From Octopus sinensis (lineage: Eukaryota), in the NCBI RefSeq assembly GCF_006345805.1, contig NC_042999.1:44950001-45014000 (forward strand): a DNA stretch of 64,000 bases. The letters are read 5' to 3'. A program made the position numbers and the translations under genes. The notes beneath the pieces were generated by a model. That model searched no databases and was not told the DNA's origin. It worked only from the letters and a program-made list of their open reading frames with translations. Position 1 is the first letter of the stretch, and every line of letters starts with the position of its first letter. Positions 1-12,949 of the stretch are shown here, in pieces.

Positions 1-236
1 AGTCTTTATTCATTCTAAGTCTTTATTCGTTCTAAGTCTTTATTCGTTCTAAGTCTTTATTCATTCTAAGTCTTTATTCGTTCTAAGTCTTTATTCGTTC
101 TAAGTCTTTATTCATTCTAAGTCTTTATTCGTTCTAAGTCTTTATTCGTTCTAAGTCTTTATTCGTTCTAAGTCTTTATTCATTCTAAGTCTTTATTCAT
201 TCTAAGTCTTTATTCGTTCTAAGTCTTTATTCATTC
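1..236. repeat. 17-bp minisatellite AGTCTTTATTC(A/G)TTCTA, ~14 copies, runs off the window start
   Basis: Read directly; only the A/G position varies. Confidence 0.97.
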
Positions 237-623
237 ACTAGAATCTAGAAGGGTGTCTGTCTGATCCTTGACAAGACCAGTCGAAAGAGAATCATCACTC
301 ACTTGTTTTGTTTCTGTTTGTTCATACTTTTCTTTGTATGTGGATATGTAAAAACAGGTCATTTTCTATAACGTCCCCAGCCGTTGCAGAGACAGGCTTG
401 CCTGTTATTAGGCTAGAGCCCCCGTTTTTTTGCACTGATGTGGGCTAAAGTACCTCCTCCACTTTTTCTAGTGTTTTTTGTTAAAGCTCATCGGTCAGCA
501 TGTTAGTTTTATGTCCCAGCAGAGTGGGTAGCCATTCAGAGGTTCATAGTAACAGTATAGACAGCTGGGTATAAAGGTTATCTCTTTCCTAGCCCTCAGG
601 GGGTAACTTGAGCCTAGTAACCC

Positions 624-775
624 GGCTGTGTGGTAAGTAGGTTGCTTACGAACTACATGGTTCCAGGTTCAGTCCCACTGCGTGACACATTGTCTTCTAC
701 TATAGCCTCGGGCCTACCAAAGCCTTGTGAGTGGATTTGGTAGACGGAAACTGAAAGAAGCTCGTCGTATATATG

Positions 776-860
<85 letters not shown>

Positions 861-1078
861 CGTTTGTGTGTATACGTTTGTGTGTCTGTGTTTGTCCCCC
901 CTACATCGCTTGACAACCGATGTTGGTGTGTTTATGTTTCCGTAACTTAGCGGTTCGCCAAAAGAGACTGATAGAATAAGTACTAGGCTTACAAAGAATA
1001 AGTCCTGGGGTCGATTTGCTCGACTAAAGGCGGTGCTCCAGCATAGCCACTGTCAGATGACTGAAACAAGTAAGAGAG
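624..1078 (+). mobile_element. SINE family A (head GGCTGTGTGGTAAG..GGTTCAGTCCCACTGCG, internal (TA)n(TG)n, tail GACTGAAACAAGTAAAAGAG)
   Basis: About 20 full or partial copies in the window share head, internal microsatellite and tail. Confidence 0.9.
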
Positions 1079-1946
1079 TCATATGTGTCTGTATCTGGGT
1101 TAATGTTTACTGTTTTCAAACCAGTGTTGTTTATGTTTCTGCCTTGCTTCTCAGTGGATTAGCAAACAGGATTTGGCAAAATAAGTACCAGATAGAAATA
1201 AATATAATGGGTCGATATGATTGAATAAACCTTCGAATATAGAGCTCCAGTATGGCACCAGGGGACACAGCCATATTGTCAGAAGAAAATACAGGATCAG
1301 GGGTTAAAAAAAGCATACAAACAAGGGGAGACAAAGAAGAGGTAAGAAAAGCAGAATGTTTTGCCGTGTTAATGCAAAAAAACAAACTTGAATATGATAA
1401 AACAGAAATAATATTTTTGTATCATCAAAAACGTTTTTTTGTTTTTCGTAGTACACCAAGTACTACAGTTTAAAGATCCCCACTTCAGTATAACTCTGAT
1501 GCCCTGAAGTAGGATGAATTATTTCAATGCTTTCAAAAATAGTTTTCCAGATCAAAACAAGTTTAACCTAAATGTTTTTATTCACTTACATTCATGAAAT
1601 CATAATATCAATTTTAGTCTAAGAAAAAAACTTTGAATCAATAAGTATGGCAATATTAAAATTTTAAATTTTCAGTAGATTTCAATTTTTCTTTTGAATA
1701 ATTCAAAAGTAGTTGCAAAAAAAATATGAAAAATATATAAAATAAAAAATTTTCATTATTAGGTATTAAAACCCAATTGATTAGGTGAAAGATTTTTTTA
1801 ATGTCTATTTTTAAACCCTGCTGCATACCTACAAGCAAATACGTATACATACACATGTAAATACACACTTACATATACATGTCTATCTATACATATACAT
1901 TCATATATGGATGTACACACATACATACATTTACACGTATACACAT

Positions 1947-2003
<57 letters not shown>

Positions 2004-2120
2004 AGTCATCTAAGAGATCATAAGTTAGGGAAAGTTGCACTCATATATCTGTCAGTACAGTGGGTATATTATTCGAAATGTATAGTATTAGATATCCATT
2101 GTAATTTTTTACAAGAAACC

Positions 2121-2870
2121 TATTTCTTTACTACCCACAAAGGGCTAAACACAGAGAGGACAAACAAGGACAGACAAAAGGATTAAGTCGATTATATTAA
2201 CCCCAGTGCGTAACTGGTACTTATTTAATCGACCCCGAAAGGATGAAACGCAAAGCCGACCTCGGCGGAATTTGAACTCAGAACATAAAGACAGACGAAA
2301 TACCTATTTCTTTACTACCCACAAGGGGCTAAACACAGAGAGGACAATCAAGGACAGACAAAGGGATTAAGTCGATTACATCGACTCCAGTGCGTAATTG
2401 GTACTTATTTAATCGACTCCGAAAGGCTGAAAGGCAAAGTTGACCTCGGCGGAATTTGAACTCAGAACGCAGTGGCAGACAAAATACCACAAAGCTTTTC
2501 GCCCAGCATGCTAACGTTTCTGTCAGCTCGAAACCGATTGGTAAGACCAGTAATGATCATCATCTTCACCACCACCATCATCATTATCCATCATCTTCAC
2601 CAGTAATGATTATTCACCTGAATCTTAATATATATATATTTCTTTACTACCCACAAGGGGCTAAACATAGAGGGGACAAACAAGGACAGACAAAGGGATT
2701 AAGTCGATTACATCGACCCCAGTGCGAAACTGGTACTTAATTTATCGACCCCGAAAGGATGAAAGGCAAAGTCGACCTCGGCGGAATTTGAACTCAGAAC
2801 GTAACGGCAGACGAAATACGGCTACGCATTTCGCCCGGTGTGCTAACGTGTCTGCCAGCTCACCACCTTA
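2121..2870 (-). mobile_element. SINE family C: head-to-tail dimer (2121-2530) plus a third copy (2638-2870)
   Basis: Three copies of the ..GAGTTCAAATTCCGCCGAGGTCGACTTTGCC..GTGGGTAGTAAAGAAATA element; B-box-like GAGTTCAAATTC on the minus strand. Confidence 0.88.
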
Positions 2871-2879
2871 ATATATATT

Positions 2880-3276
2880 ACTAGCAGTATAGCCCAGCGT
2901 TGCTCAGGCTTGTTTTCTTTTCAACCCTTTAGAATTGGAATTTTTGAAAAGTAAAAATTTTGCATTATGTAGCTTGTTATTCTCTTTAAGTGAACATTTT
3001 TCTGGTTGAAATACACTGAAAAATGGCAAGACAGCAGTCAAAAAGTCATAAAAAATAGGGATTTTCATAGAAAAAAAGCAGCTTTTTGATGTAAATAATT
3101 TTTGTGTTACCATGGTCCGATTTGAATTTTTTCTTCTACGAAAGGAAGAGCAAGCCTTCTTCTATCATAGTCTCAGTTTTGGTCAACTTGCGCCGCAGGG
3201 TCTTGGAGGAGACAGTGTTAGTTGAAGGCTACCAAACCTGCCATACACAGACAACTTCAGCTTTATATATATATAG

Positions 3277-3278
<2 letters not shown>
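2880..3278 (+). mobile_element. Non-autonomous Helentron/HINE-like element
   Basis: Begins ACTAGCAGTATAGCCCAGCGTTGCTCAGG (sub-terminal hairpin) and ends ACACAGACAACTTCAGCTTTATATATATATAGAT. Same termini as the element at 11878. Confidence 0.7.
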
Positions 3279-3313
<35 letters not shown>

Positions 3314-3349
3314 CACACACACACACAACACACACAGCACACACACTTA

Positions 3350-3382
<33 letters not shown>

Positions 3383-3399
3383 TTTCAGCTGATATAAGC

Positions 3400-3760
3400 A
3401 TGGAATTTGGCCAAAAGAAATGTTCATATCTGGTGTTATAGAATGTAGAAAGTCAGTCCCCCAAACCCAAAACCTGTGCATCATTCTATATCCAGACTAT
3501 GAATTAATATTCAAACAAATGATAATTGGAGCACTAAGTTTTGTTAGTAAATGCTTGAAGGGGAATTTGGATAAACTGAGATTTTCAGAAAGAGAAATTG
3601 ACCAGCTGGTTCATACATTACAAGTGCAATCTGAGTGGAACAGTAAAAATATGCAAGACTTTTCTCAAGTTCCAAATGTGAATTTGTCTCAAAGATGGTG
3701 CCTTGTATCTTTGTTGGAAACCGGCTCCCTCCTCAGTGGAAGATTTATAATAATTAAAAA
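3400..3760 (+). pseudogene. 3' fragment of an R4/Dong-like non-LTR retrotransposon (end of RLE endonuclease plus 3' UTR)
   Basis: ILYPDYELIFKQMIIGALSFVSKCLKGNLDKLRFSEREIDQLVHTLQVQS, then a frameshift to SGTVKICKTFLKF, a typical R4-clade C-terminus. Confidence 0.78.
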
Positions 3761-3769
3761 ATAGAAGAG

Positions 3770-3978
3770 ACATACATGCATACATACACACACACACAGA
3801 CATACATAAATATACACATACATACATCCATATATACATACATACATATACATACATACATACACATACATACATACATACATACATACATACATACATA
3901 CATAAATACACACATACATACATACATACATACATACATACATACATACATACATACATACATACATACATACATACA
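3770..3978. repeat. (CATA)n microsatellite, with a matching tract at 3350-3380 on the other side of the R4 fragment
   Basis: Read directly. Confidence 0.95.
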
Positions 3979-3979
3979 A

Positions 3980-4690
3980 ATGTGGCTGTGTGGTAAGAAG
4001 CTTGCTTCCCTGCAACATAGCTTTGGCTTCAGTCCTGCTTCATGACACTTTGAGCAAATGTCTTCTGCTATAACCTCAGGCCAACAGAATCCTTAAGAAT
4101 GGATTTGGTAGCTAGAATCTGACAGAAGACTGTCATATCATGGAGCCAATAACAAATGACTAAGACCTTTGGCAATATGCTTTACTTGAGAAGAAGACCC
4201 AACAAGCCAAGTAGTCATGGCAGATACTGATGTCACACCACTGGTACCAATGCTGGTGGCACATAAAAGTACCAATTACACTCTCAGAGTGGTTGGTGTT
4301 AGAAAGAGCATCCAGCTGTAGAAACCATGCTAAATCAGACTGGAGTCTGGTGCAGCCCATCAGCTTACCAGCCCTAGTGAAGCTGTCCAGCATGGACAAC
4401 AGACATTAAATGATGATGATGATGATGACGATGACGACGACGATGACGACGACGATGATGATGGTATGATAGGTCTCTAAGGCGGCGAACTGGCAGAAAC
4501 ATTAGTGTGCCGGGCGAAATGCTTAACGGTATTTTGCCAGTCGTTATGTTCTGAGTTCAAATTCCGCTGAGGTCGACTTTGCCTTTCATCCTTTCGGAGT
4601 CGATAAATTAAGTACCAGTTACGCACTGGGGTCGATGTAATCGACTTAATCCGTTTGTCCCCTCTGTGTTTAGCCTCTTGTGGGTAGGTA
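3980..4690 (+). mobile_element. SINE cluster: family A head (3980-4140), family B ending in (GAT)n (4140-4450), family C (4478-4690)
   Basis: Similarity to other copies in the window. Confidence 0.8.
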
Positions 4691-5246
4691 TGATAGGTCT
4701 CTTGTGAAATAGGTATGATAGGTCTCTTTCAGTTTTCAATTGTCAAATCCATACAGTGAGACTGAACCCACAACCTTGTTGTCGGGAAACAAACCTCTCA
4801 AACACACAGACATGACCATGCAGACATGTGGGTGTATGTGTGTGTGTGTGTGATTGCATGTGTGTGAGATGTTATGAGAAATAGCTGGAAAGGAAGAAAA
4901 GAGCAAAAGGAAAGACGAAAAGAAATTCTTAATTTGCGTTGCTCTTTATTTATATTTATATATTCCTTTTTGTTTATTCCTTTTATTTGTTCTTTGTTTT
5001 TCATTCTTTTCTGAACATTTCATGTCTATTGAAAATTAATCTGTTATTTTATATATAAAATATAGATCACAACTAAAGTGAAGATATATCCTTTGAGAAT
5101 TCTTTTAAGTGTTCACCATTTATTCAAAATTCACACAGCAAAAATATGAAAATCAAACTATCCCAGAATGCTCATAATAGAAGTAAACAAGGGTTTCCTG
5201 TATTATCAATAACAACGTTTGTTCAAAATCATAGATGCTTCCGGAC

Positions 5247-5302
5247 GATCCTGATGAAAGCCATGCTTATTTCCCGGGTGGTTTCAAACTGACAACAGTG
5301 AT
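5247..5302 (+). ncRNA. Degenerate hammerhead-like motif in a probable PLE pLTR remnant (~5020-5335)
   Basis: GATC CTGATGA AAGCCA..TGGTTT C-AAAC TG ACAA CA GT GAT. G12 and H17 appear to be missing. Confidence 0.35.
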
Positions 5303-5339
5303 GTTCAGATGAGTTTCTAATAAAATATTGTGTTATAAT

Positions 5340-5795
<456 letters not shown>

Positions 5796-6074
5796 ATCTT
5801 TACATGTGTTTATATATGTGCATACATACACACACACATATATATACATGAATATATACATCTATACAGCTGTTTACTTACACACGCAAGGCTAAAAGGT
5901 ATTAAAAATCTTTCATCTGAAATTTTATTACCTAATGACAAAGTGCATTCATTTACTTATACTTTTGTGACTACACTGAAATTAAAAAAATTCTATATTA
6001 CATATTACTGAGACCTCATTTTGTGATACTGGTACTTGTTTGATCACTCAATATATAATATATATATATAACTA

Positions 6075-6326
6075 GACCACCATCGCCATCGTCATCATTA
6101 TCATCATCATCATCAGCAGCATCCTCATTGTCATCCTCACCACCACCACCACCACCACCATCATCATCATCGTTGGCAGTGGTGTCATCATAATCACTTT
6201 CATCACCTCATCATCATCATCATCATCATCATCAGCAGCATCCTCATTGTCATCCTCACCACCACCACCACCACCACCATCATCATCATCGTTGGCAGTG
6301 GTGTCATCATAATCACTTTCATCACC

Positions 6327-6364
<38 letters not shown>

Positions 6365-6450
6365 TTCACCACCACCACCATCACCATTATCCATCATCAT
6401 CATCATCATTATCAGCAGCAGCAGCAGCAGCAGCATTGTCATTATCATTT
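6075..6450. repeat. (CAT)/(CAC)/(CAG) trinucleotide tract with a ~120-bp internal duplication
   Basis: CAGCAGCATCCTCATTGTCATCCTCACC..GTTGGCAGTGGTGTCATCATAATCAC is present twice. Confidence 0.92.
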
Positions 6451-6810
6451 AACCTCTGCTTTCAATGCCAGCACAGGTAGGAATGGTTTACCTGTAACTG
6501 GTAAGTTTCAGGGGTGCGTTGACCACCAGCAACATCTTTTGTAGGGTTTCTATGGCTGGATGCCCGTCATAAATGCCAGCTACTTTCCTGAGGGTACTGG
6601 GTCTTTTTTCCTGCCACAAGCACAAGTGAGACTCCATGTAACTTACAAGACGGAAAAAACAAAAGAAAAAAGAAATAGAAAAAAAGCGCCCTACTAAGGA
6701 AGAAGTATATATACACATAGTTGCTTACATGCATAAATGTAACATAATACATATATATTTAGACTTACATATAAATATACATATATATACGCAGACACAC
6801 ATTCGCACTT

Positions 6811-6850
<40 letters not shown>

Positions 6851-7089
6851 GTATACATATGTATTTATATATACACCCTTCCATCACACACCTGCATCTG
6901 TACATATACAAACATTTGCATATCCGTATAAATGAAGGGTGTGTGTGCATGAATGTCACACATATGCACTGGACACACAGCCTTACACTCATATATATAT
7001 ATATACATATACACATATACATATATACACACACATATGCATAATATATATACATACAAATACATATATGCAGACATGTACACACTCGC

Positions 7090-7960
7090 ACATTTAAAAA
7101 GGAAAAAGGAAAAAATGAAAAATATATTAAAAAAATTAAAAATTAAATATTAAAAATTAATGGAAGTTAAAACATATGGGAAAGATTGTGCAGGAACATA
7201 GTAGAAATGTGAATTCTAGCCGTGATCTTGGGGGTCCCAAAACTGTAACAGGTATTTTGTGACATATGGACATGATACAAAAAGTTCAGTTCATGAACTT
7301 AAACATGTAGTGGGATCTAAATAATTTTTCCAGATGAACCATCTTTCCATATTACAAAGACCACATTTGTCACTACCATTGATATAAGGTTTACACTTGG
7401 TTAAGATCTTCCAGTAAATCCTGTAGTTGACATGTTGTTCTTTTAAGTACCATATATAACTGGATAATTTGGTAGTCTTTCATTTATTCCAGTGTCTGAA
7501 GTTTAAGGTGTGATTATTGAATCTTGCTTTGAAATTTCCCTCAGTGTGATCCACATATCTTTTGGATGAAACTGTATTATTAGCACTTGTGGAATTTATG
7601 GTGGCTTCATAAATAATGACCTCGGGCATACAGGCTCCATTTAGTGGGCACAAGTTTTTATTCCTGCAGGAACAACCGGCTTCTTGTTGTATTGTGCATA
7701 ATTATGCTTTTAAAGTTTGGGATGGAACTAAAACTAATTTTTAAGTTATGCCTGTTAAAGAGTTTTCTATATTTGTGATGAATTGGAAAATGTCTATCTA
7801 TAAGTGACAAGAAATATTTACCTATATTAAAGGTTACTTCGAGTGAGTAAGGGGGTGGAAACCAGATAATTTTCCTGTGTCTATGTTTCCTTTTCTATAT
7901 TTCTGGTTTAATAGTAGGGGTGCAAGCTATTTTCTCTTTAAATCCACTAACTTTAAAGGC
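7090..7960 (-). mobile_element. Penelope-like element, 3' part (linker, Cys motif, GIY-YIG endonuclease), decayed
   Basis: Minus strand reads RKIIWFPPPYS..KYFLSLIDRHFPIHHKYRKLFNRHNLKISFSSIPN, then CSCRNKNLCPLNGAC..IIYEATI..YVDHTEGNFKARFNNH. Confidence 0.88.
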
Positions 7961-7961
7961 A

Positions 7962-8430
7962 TTGTTATATAGTGGATCTCACTGAGGGAAATTTCAAAGC
8001 AAGATTCAAGAATCACGCCTTAAGCTTCAGACACTGGAATAAACGAAAGACTACCAAATTATCCAGTTATATATGGTACTTAAAAGAACAACGTGTCAAC
8101 TACAGGATTTACTGGAAGATCTTAGCCAAGTGTAAACCTTATATCAACGGTAGTGGCAAGTGTGGTCTTTGTAATATGGAAAGATGGCTCATCTGGAAAA
8201 GTTCCTTAGACCCCACTACATTTTTAAATTCAAGAACTGAACTTTTTGTATCATGTCCATATGTCACAAAATACCTGTTACCATTTTGGGCCCCTCAAGA
8301 TCATCTCTAGAATCCTCATTTCTACTATGTTCCTGCACAAGCTTTCCCATATGTTTTAACTTCCATTAATTTTTAATATTTAATTTTTAATTTTTTAAAT
8401 CTATTTTTCCTTTTTTCCTTTTTCCTTTTT
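7962..8430 (+). mobile_element. Inverted second copy of the same PLE GIY-YIG C-terminus and 3' UTR
   Basis: ORF 7972-8310: TEGNFKARFKNHALSFRH..TKLSSYIWYLK..CGLCNMER..FLNSRTELFVSCP. It is the reverse complement of ~7090-7570. Confidence 0.9.
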
Positions 8431-8474
8431 AATTGTGTGTACGGGTGTGTGTATATATATGTATATATTTTATG

Positions 8475-8507
<33 letters not shown>

Positions 8508-8599
8508 ATATATATGTGTGTGTGTGTGCGTATATATATATATATATATATATGATGTTGATGATAATGATGATGATGATATATTTATGCATTCTTATA

Positions 8600-8910
8600 T
8601 ATTTAAGGAAGACCCCCCCCTTTGGTCATGAATGACCATGGGATTGCATCTAGAAAGTTACCCTCCAAAGCATAAGTCCAAGCAAGGTTTTTTTATGGAA
8701 GAGCATCAGTTACCCATGCATACCAGCCTCACCTCTTCATGCCACTGATGTTATCCAGTGATATCACAATTCATTTCTACAGCTGAGTGAACTGGAGCAA
8801 TGTGAAATAAAGTGTCTTGCTCAAGAACACAACACACAGTCTGATCTGGGAATTGAATTCACTACCTCATGATTGTGAGCCTGACATTCTAATCACTGAG
8901 TCATGTGTCT
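8600..8910 (-). mobile_element. tRNA-headed SINE (family D), degenerate
   Basis: CTGAGTGAACTGGAGCAATGTGAAATAAAGTGTCTTGCTCAAGAACAC core, shared with copies at 25570, 31488 and 39255. Confidence 0.75.
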
Positions 8911-9317
8911 TGATATATTTTTACAAGAAGTGTGGTGACAAGCCTGGTATCAGTCATGAGACACTGCTGTGAAGATTAGCAATATGAAACTTTGAAATCA
9001 CTGTCTCCATTCTTCTTTTAAATATATAATAAATATATACATTACAAAAGAGTATTGACTAATACTTCAGCTTAATATAAAATTGTTTACATTATAACTC
9101 AATATAAAAACAGCCAATGATACTCATTTATACATATAAATGTTTGTTTTATGTTGTAATAAAAACAATTTTACATTAAACGGAAGGATTACACAATACA
9201 TTTGGCATAGTAAAAATTTATTATTCTTTAACAAAAATAGAATTGACTGACTTTAAAGTTATGGGCAGCTAAGCCACCATCAGATTGTAGTGCTTTTGAG
9301 TTCATCTTGGTTTTATG

Positions 9318-9881
9318 TATTAGGTAGTCTGAAAAGTTTGTGCCGATTTATAGTAGCTTACCTTTATTTTAGAACATGGTTGAGTCTATAAAATAAGAGT
9401 TGACTACACCTCCATTTAGAGCATATTTTAAGCTATATTTTCGTGGAAGAAGGTTTATGTTCGTATAACCTGTGTTAATTCTGTAACCCTTTAAAATGGA
9501 AGATAAGTAAGTTCATTTTTGGTACTTGAAGCTTTGGGAGCCAGACAAAAATTGCTGCAGCTCGGTTGTGATGTGCTACCCCACTCTCCATATTCACCAG
9601 ATATTGCTCCTTCAGATTTCCACTTATTCAGGCCTCTGCAGAATAGTCTTAATGGTAAAAATTTCAATTTCTTGGATGACATAAAAAGATACCTTGATGA
9701 ATTCTTTGCCATGAAACCACCTCGATTCTGGGAAGAGGGTATTTTCAAGTTAAAGGAAAGATGGAGACGCATTGTGCAACAAAATGGTTCATATTTGGTT
9801 GATTAAAAATGTAATGGCAAGTATTTATTGACCTTTTTCTTTCCTTTAAAAATCGGCACGAACTTTCTGGACAACCCAATA
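9318..9881 (+). mobile_element. Internally deleted mariner with both TIRs and the 3' end of the transposase
   Basis: TIRs TATTAGGTAGTCTGAAAAGTTTGTGCCGATTT and AAATCGGCACGAACTTTCTGGACAACCCAATA. ORF 9519-9806 has HSPYSPDIAPSDFHLFRPLQNSL (YSPDLAP motif). Confidence 0.92.
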
Positions 9882-10039
9882 GTATCTGTTTAGTTAAAAT
9901 TTTTGTAGGGCATGCTGAGATCTGTTGAATGGTAGGTTGTGATGGCAAAGTGTTATGGGGAATTTTTATTGATTAAATATCGGGATATGCTGTTGTTTTC
10001 TTGCTTGCTTCATACTCTTGCTTCATGTGGCTGGGGTCA

Positions 10040-10600
10040 TCCCAGGTTAATAGTCTCAGAGGGACATCATCATGTGTAGGGCTAACAAGTGCTCCCCATT
10101 GCTGGTGATCTTGTGTCAGCCCCTCTGCATCTTCTAAGGTGACATCAAGCCTTTCGAGATCTTCCCCAATTGCTTTCAGCCATCTGGTGTGGGACCTGCC
10201 ATGAGACCTCTTCCAGCCCACAACTGCTGCACGAAATGAGAGTAAAGTTCTAGTAGGTTGATCCAGCAGGAGATGAAGGACATGTCCTTATCAGCGCATG
10301 TCCTTATCAGCGCATGCAACAGGTAGCTATGAGGTGGGAAGCTGCGAACTGATGCATGCACACATGCAGTTCTTTGCTGGGAATATGATGGCACTATTTG
10401 ATATACTCAACAGTGCTCAGGGTTCTGTTATCAAAACCATTAATTCTCTTTGCCAGGGTCTTTGAGAGGGGCCATGTTTTTGTTCCACAGAGAGAAATGG
10501 AAATAGCCAAAGCTGTTGTGTAGAATTTATTCAAGCATGCAGAATTTGTAATCAGATGTTTATATTCAACAGAGCTCAGCTTACCCAAGAAAAATTATAC
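10040..10600 (-). mobile_element. RTE-clade LINE 3' fragment
   Basis: LCGTKTWPLSKTLAKRINGFDNRTL ... GWKRSHGRSHTRWLKAIGEDL..HQQWGALV resembles the RTE C-terminus (ETW..; RPRGRPRTRW). Confidence 0.8.
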
Positions 10601-10719
10601 CTGAACAGAGACTAAAAAAAACCAAGATGAACTCAAATGCACCACAGTTAGATGGTGGCTTACCTGACTGAAACACAGAAGTCACTGCCAGTACTATTAT
10701 ACTAGTTTTGTTAAAGAAT

Positions 10720-11665
10720 ACTCTTTTACTTGTTTCAGTCATTTAACTGTGGCCATGCTGGAGCACAACCTCTAGCCAAACAAATCGACCCCAGGACTTA
10801 CTCTTTGTAAGCCTAATACTTATTCTATCAGTCTCTTTTGCCGAACCACTAAGTTACGGGGATGTAAACACACCAGTATCGGTTGTCAAGTGATGCTGGG
10901 GGGACTAACACAGACACACAAACACATACACACGCACATACATATATATAGACATATATACGATAGGCTTCTTTCAGTTTCTATTTACCAAATCCACTCA
11001 CAAGACTTTGGTCGGCCCAAGGCTATAGTGGAATACACTAGCCCAAGTTACCACACAGTGGGACTGAACCTGGAACCATGTGGTTCATAAGCAAGCTACA
11101 TACCACACAGCCACTTCTATGCCTATATATATTGCTTGCAAAGACCTATTGAAGTAAGTGAAATCAAATTAAATCAAAATTGCTGACATGGCAGATGACA
11201 GTACTGCCTGATTGGCACTCATGCAAATGGAATGTTAAAAGTACATCCAAGCATTATCGTTGCCAGGGGCCACGGATTGGCTCCTGTGCTGGTGGCATAT
11301 AAAAAGCTCCATTTGAGTGTGATCATTGCCAGTGTCACCTTATCGGTACATGTGTTGGTGGCATGTGAAAAGCAACATTCGAGCGTGGTCATTGCCAGTG
11401 CCACCAGACTGGCTCCCTTGCAGGTAGCACGTAAAAGACACCTTTTGAGCATGGTCGTTGCCAGAACTACCTGACTGGGCATCAGAGTGGTTGGCTTTAG
11501 GAAGGGCATCCAGTGTAGAAACTTTGCCAGATCAGATTGAGCCTGGTGTAGCCTTCTGGATCACCAGTCCTCAGTCAAACCGTCCAGCCCATGCCAGCAT
11601 GGAAAGAAGACATTATACGACAACAATGAAGATGATTATGATTATGACGATGATGATGATATATA
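10720..11665. mobile_element. SINE A on minus (10720-11125) followed by SINE B on plus (11130-11665)
   Basis: Family similarity within the window. Confidence 0.82.
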
Positions 11666-11877
11666 TATAGTTGAAATTTACAGAAAAACAAAAGACAAAG
11701 ACAGCCATATAAACAACAAGCAGGTGTATTAGTCTGATGCTCAGGAAGGTGAGAAAGTCTTTTACGTCTCAAGCTTATGCCCTTCAACATCTAGGAACAT
11801 GAGGAAATAAACAAAGAAAGAATATAAAAAAAAAGGAGTTGACAGTCAATCATATACATGATGATTATATATATATT

Positions 11878-12385
11878 ACTAGCAGTATCGCCCGGCGTTG
11901 CTCGGGTTTGTAAGGGAAATAACTATATAAGCATTTTTAGAGAGTTACTTCCCTTATAAATTCGGGCTTTCTTAGCCATTTTTGTTTTGGTGTCTTCAAG
12001 CCATGAAGTCGTTGTTCTAAAAGAACACTGGTTTCCTTCACAACGCATTACGACGTTGATTTCTTTACACTCCCTTCCCCACAGCTTCACGAGGGAGGGA
12101 AGGGGGAGAAGCAAACAGGTGCAGCTGTGAGCGTGGACGCCAACTCCGCCGCCATCGACACACGATGCATTTTATGCATTAAAATGGAATAAAAAATGAT
12201 GTTAAATTATTTTTTAAATCGTAGACTCATCGTTGACGCGCGCTAATAGTCAGACGGGCTCGATATGAATCACGACTATAAGATACCCGAATTTGGTTAA
12301 ACTGCACCGCAAAATGTGGGAGGAGTTAGGAATCTAAATCGAAGGGGACAGACACTCACACAACTAGAGTTTTATATATATAGAT
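11878..12385 (+). mobile_element. Non-autonomous Helentron/HINE-like element, CpG-rich
   Basis: 5' ACTAGCAGTATCGCCCGGCGTTGCTCGGG hairpin; 3' GACAGACACTCACACAACTAGAGTTTTATATATATAGAT. Confidence 0.72.
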
Positions 12386-12391
12386 ATATAT

Positions 12392-12933
12392 ATACGAGCA
12401 AAACGCACCCTGTCCAATGGATGGTGCTGAGTTGTCAAACATTTAAACCAAATTTTCTTAAAACAACTTGTCCGACCGTCCCATAGGCCTCCCCTTTGAG
12501 AAACACTGTTTTAACCTAAATTTTAGAAACCAGCAAAAGAAGAAATAAAGATAGACTTTTTTTCTATTCCAAAGGAAAACGATTTTATTCACACAAATAT
12601 GCAACCGAAGATTTGAAAGTACCAGTAATGATAAGGCTGTTGACTGGGAGAACACAAACACGGTTTGAACAGTAAGCTTGGCAGGAAAGAAATGTGCCTT
12701 TAAGCAGTGCAAAAACAACAAAAAGTAGAAGGTGCATGTTGATGAAAAGCAGGACAAAAACGGCTATATCGATCGCATTCTCACCTGGAATCGATTTGTG
12801 TAATTTTTTCAAGACTTATACACGCCCTAATATTGTCGGTATCTACATATCAAATTGAGTGCAATCGGATGGAGGATGATCAAGATCCTAGAAGACACAC
12901 ACACACAGACAGAAAGGATTTTATATAATAGAT
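12392..12933 (+). mobile_element. Second HINE-like element directly abutting the first
   Basis: Ends ACACACACAGACAGAAAGGATTTTATATAATAGAT, the same 3' architecture. Confidence 0.5.
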
Positions 12934-12949
12934 ATATAATCATCCTTAA

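Noticed and set aside
255-300. CTGATCC..GAC/GTC-GAAA as a hammerhead
   Set aside because: The core lacks G8/A9 and there is no convincing NUH with stem I.
1591-1619. Minus-strand exon with strong acceptor and GTAAGT donor
   Set aside because: Stops in all three frames; this shows that good-looking splice pairs arise by chance here.
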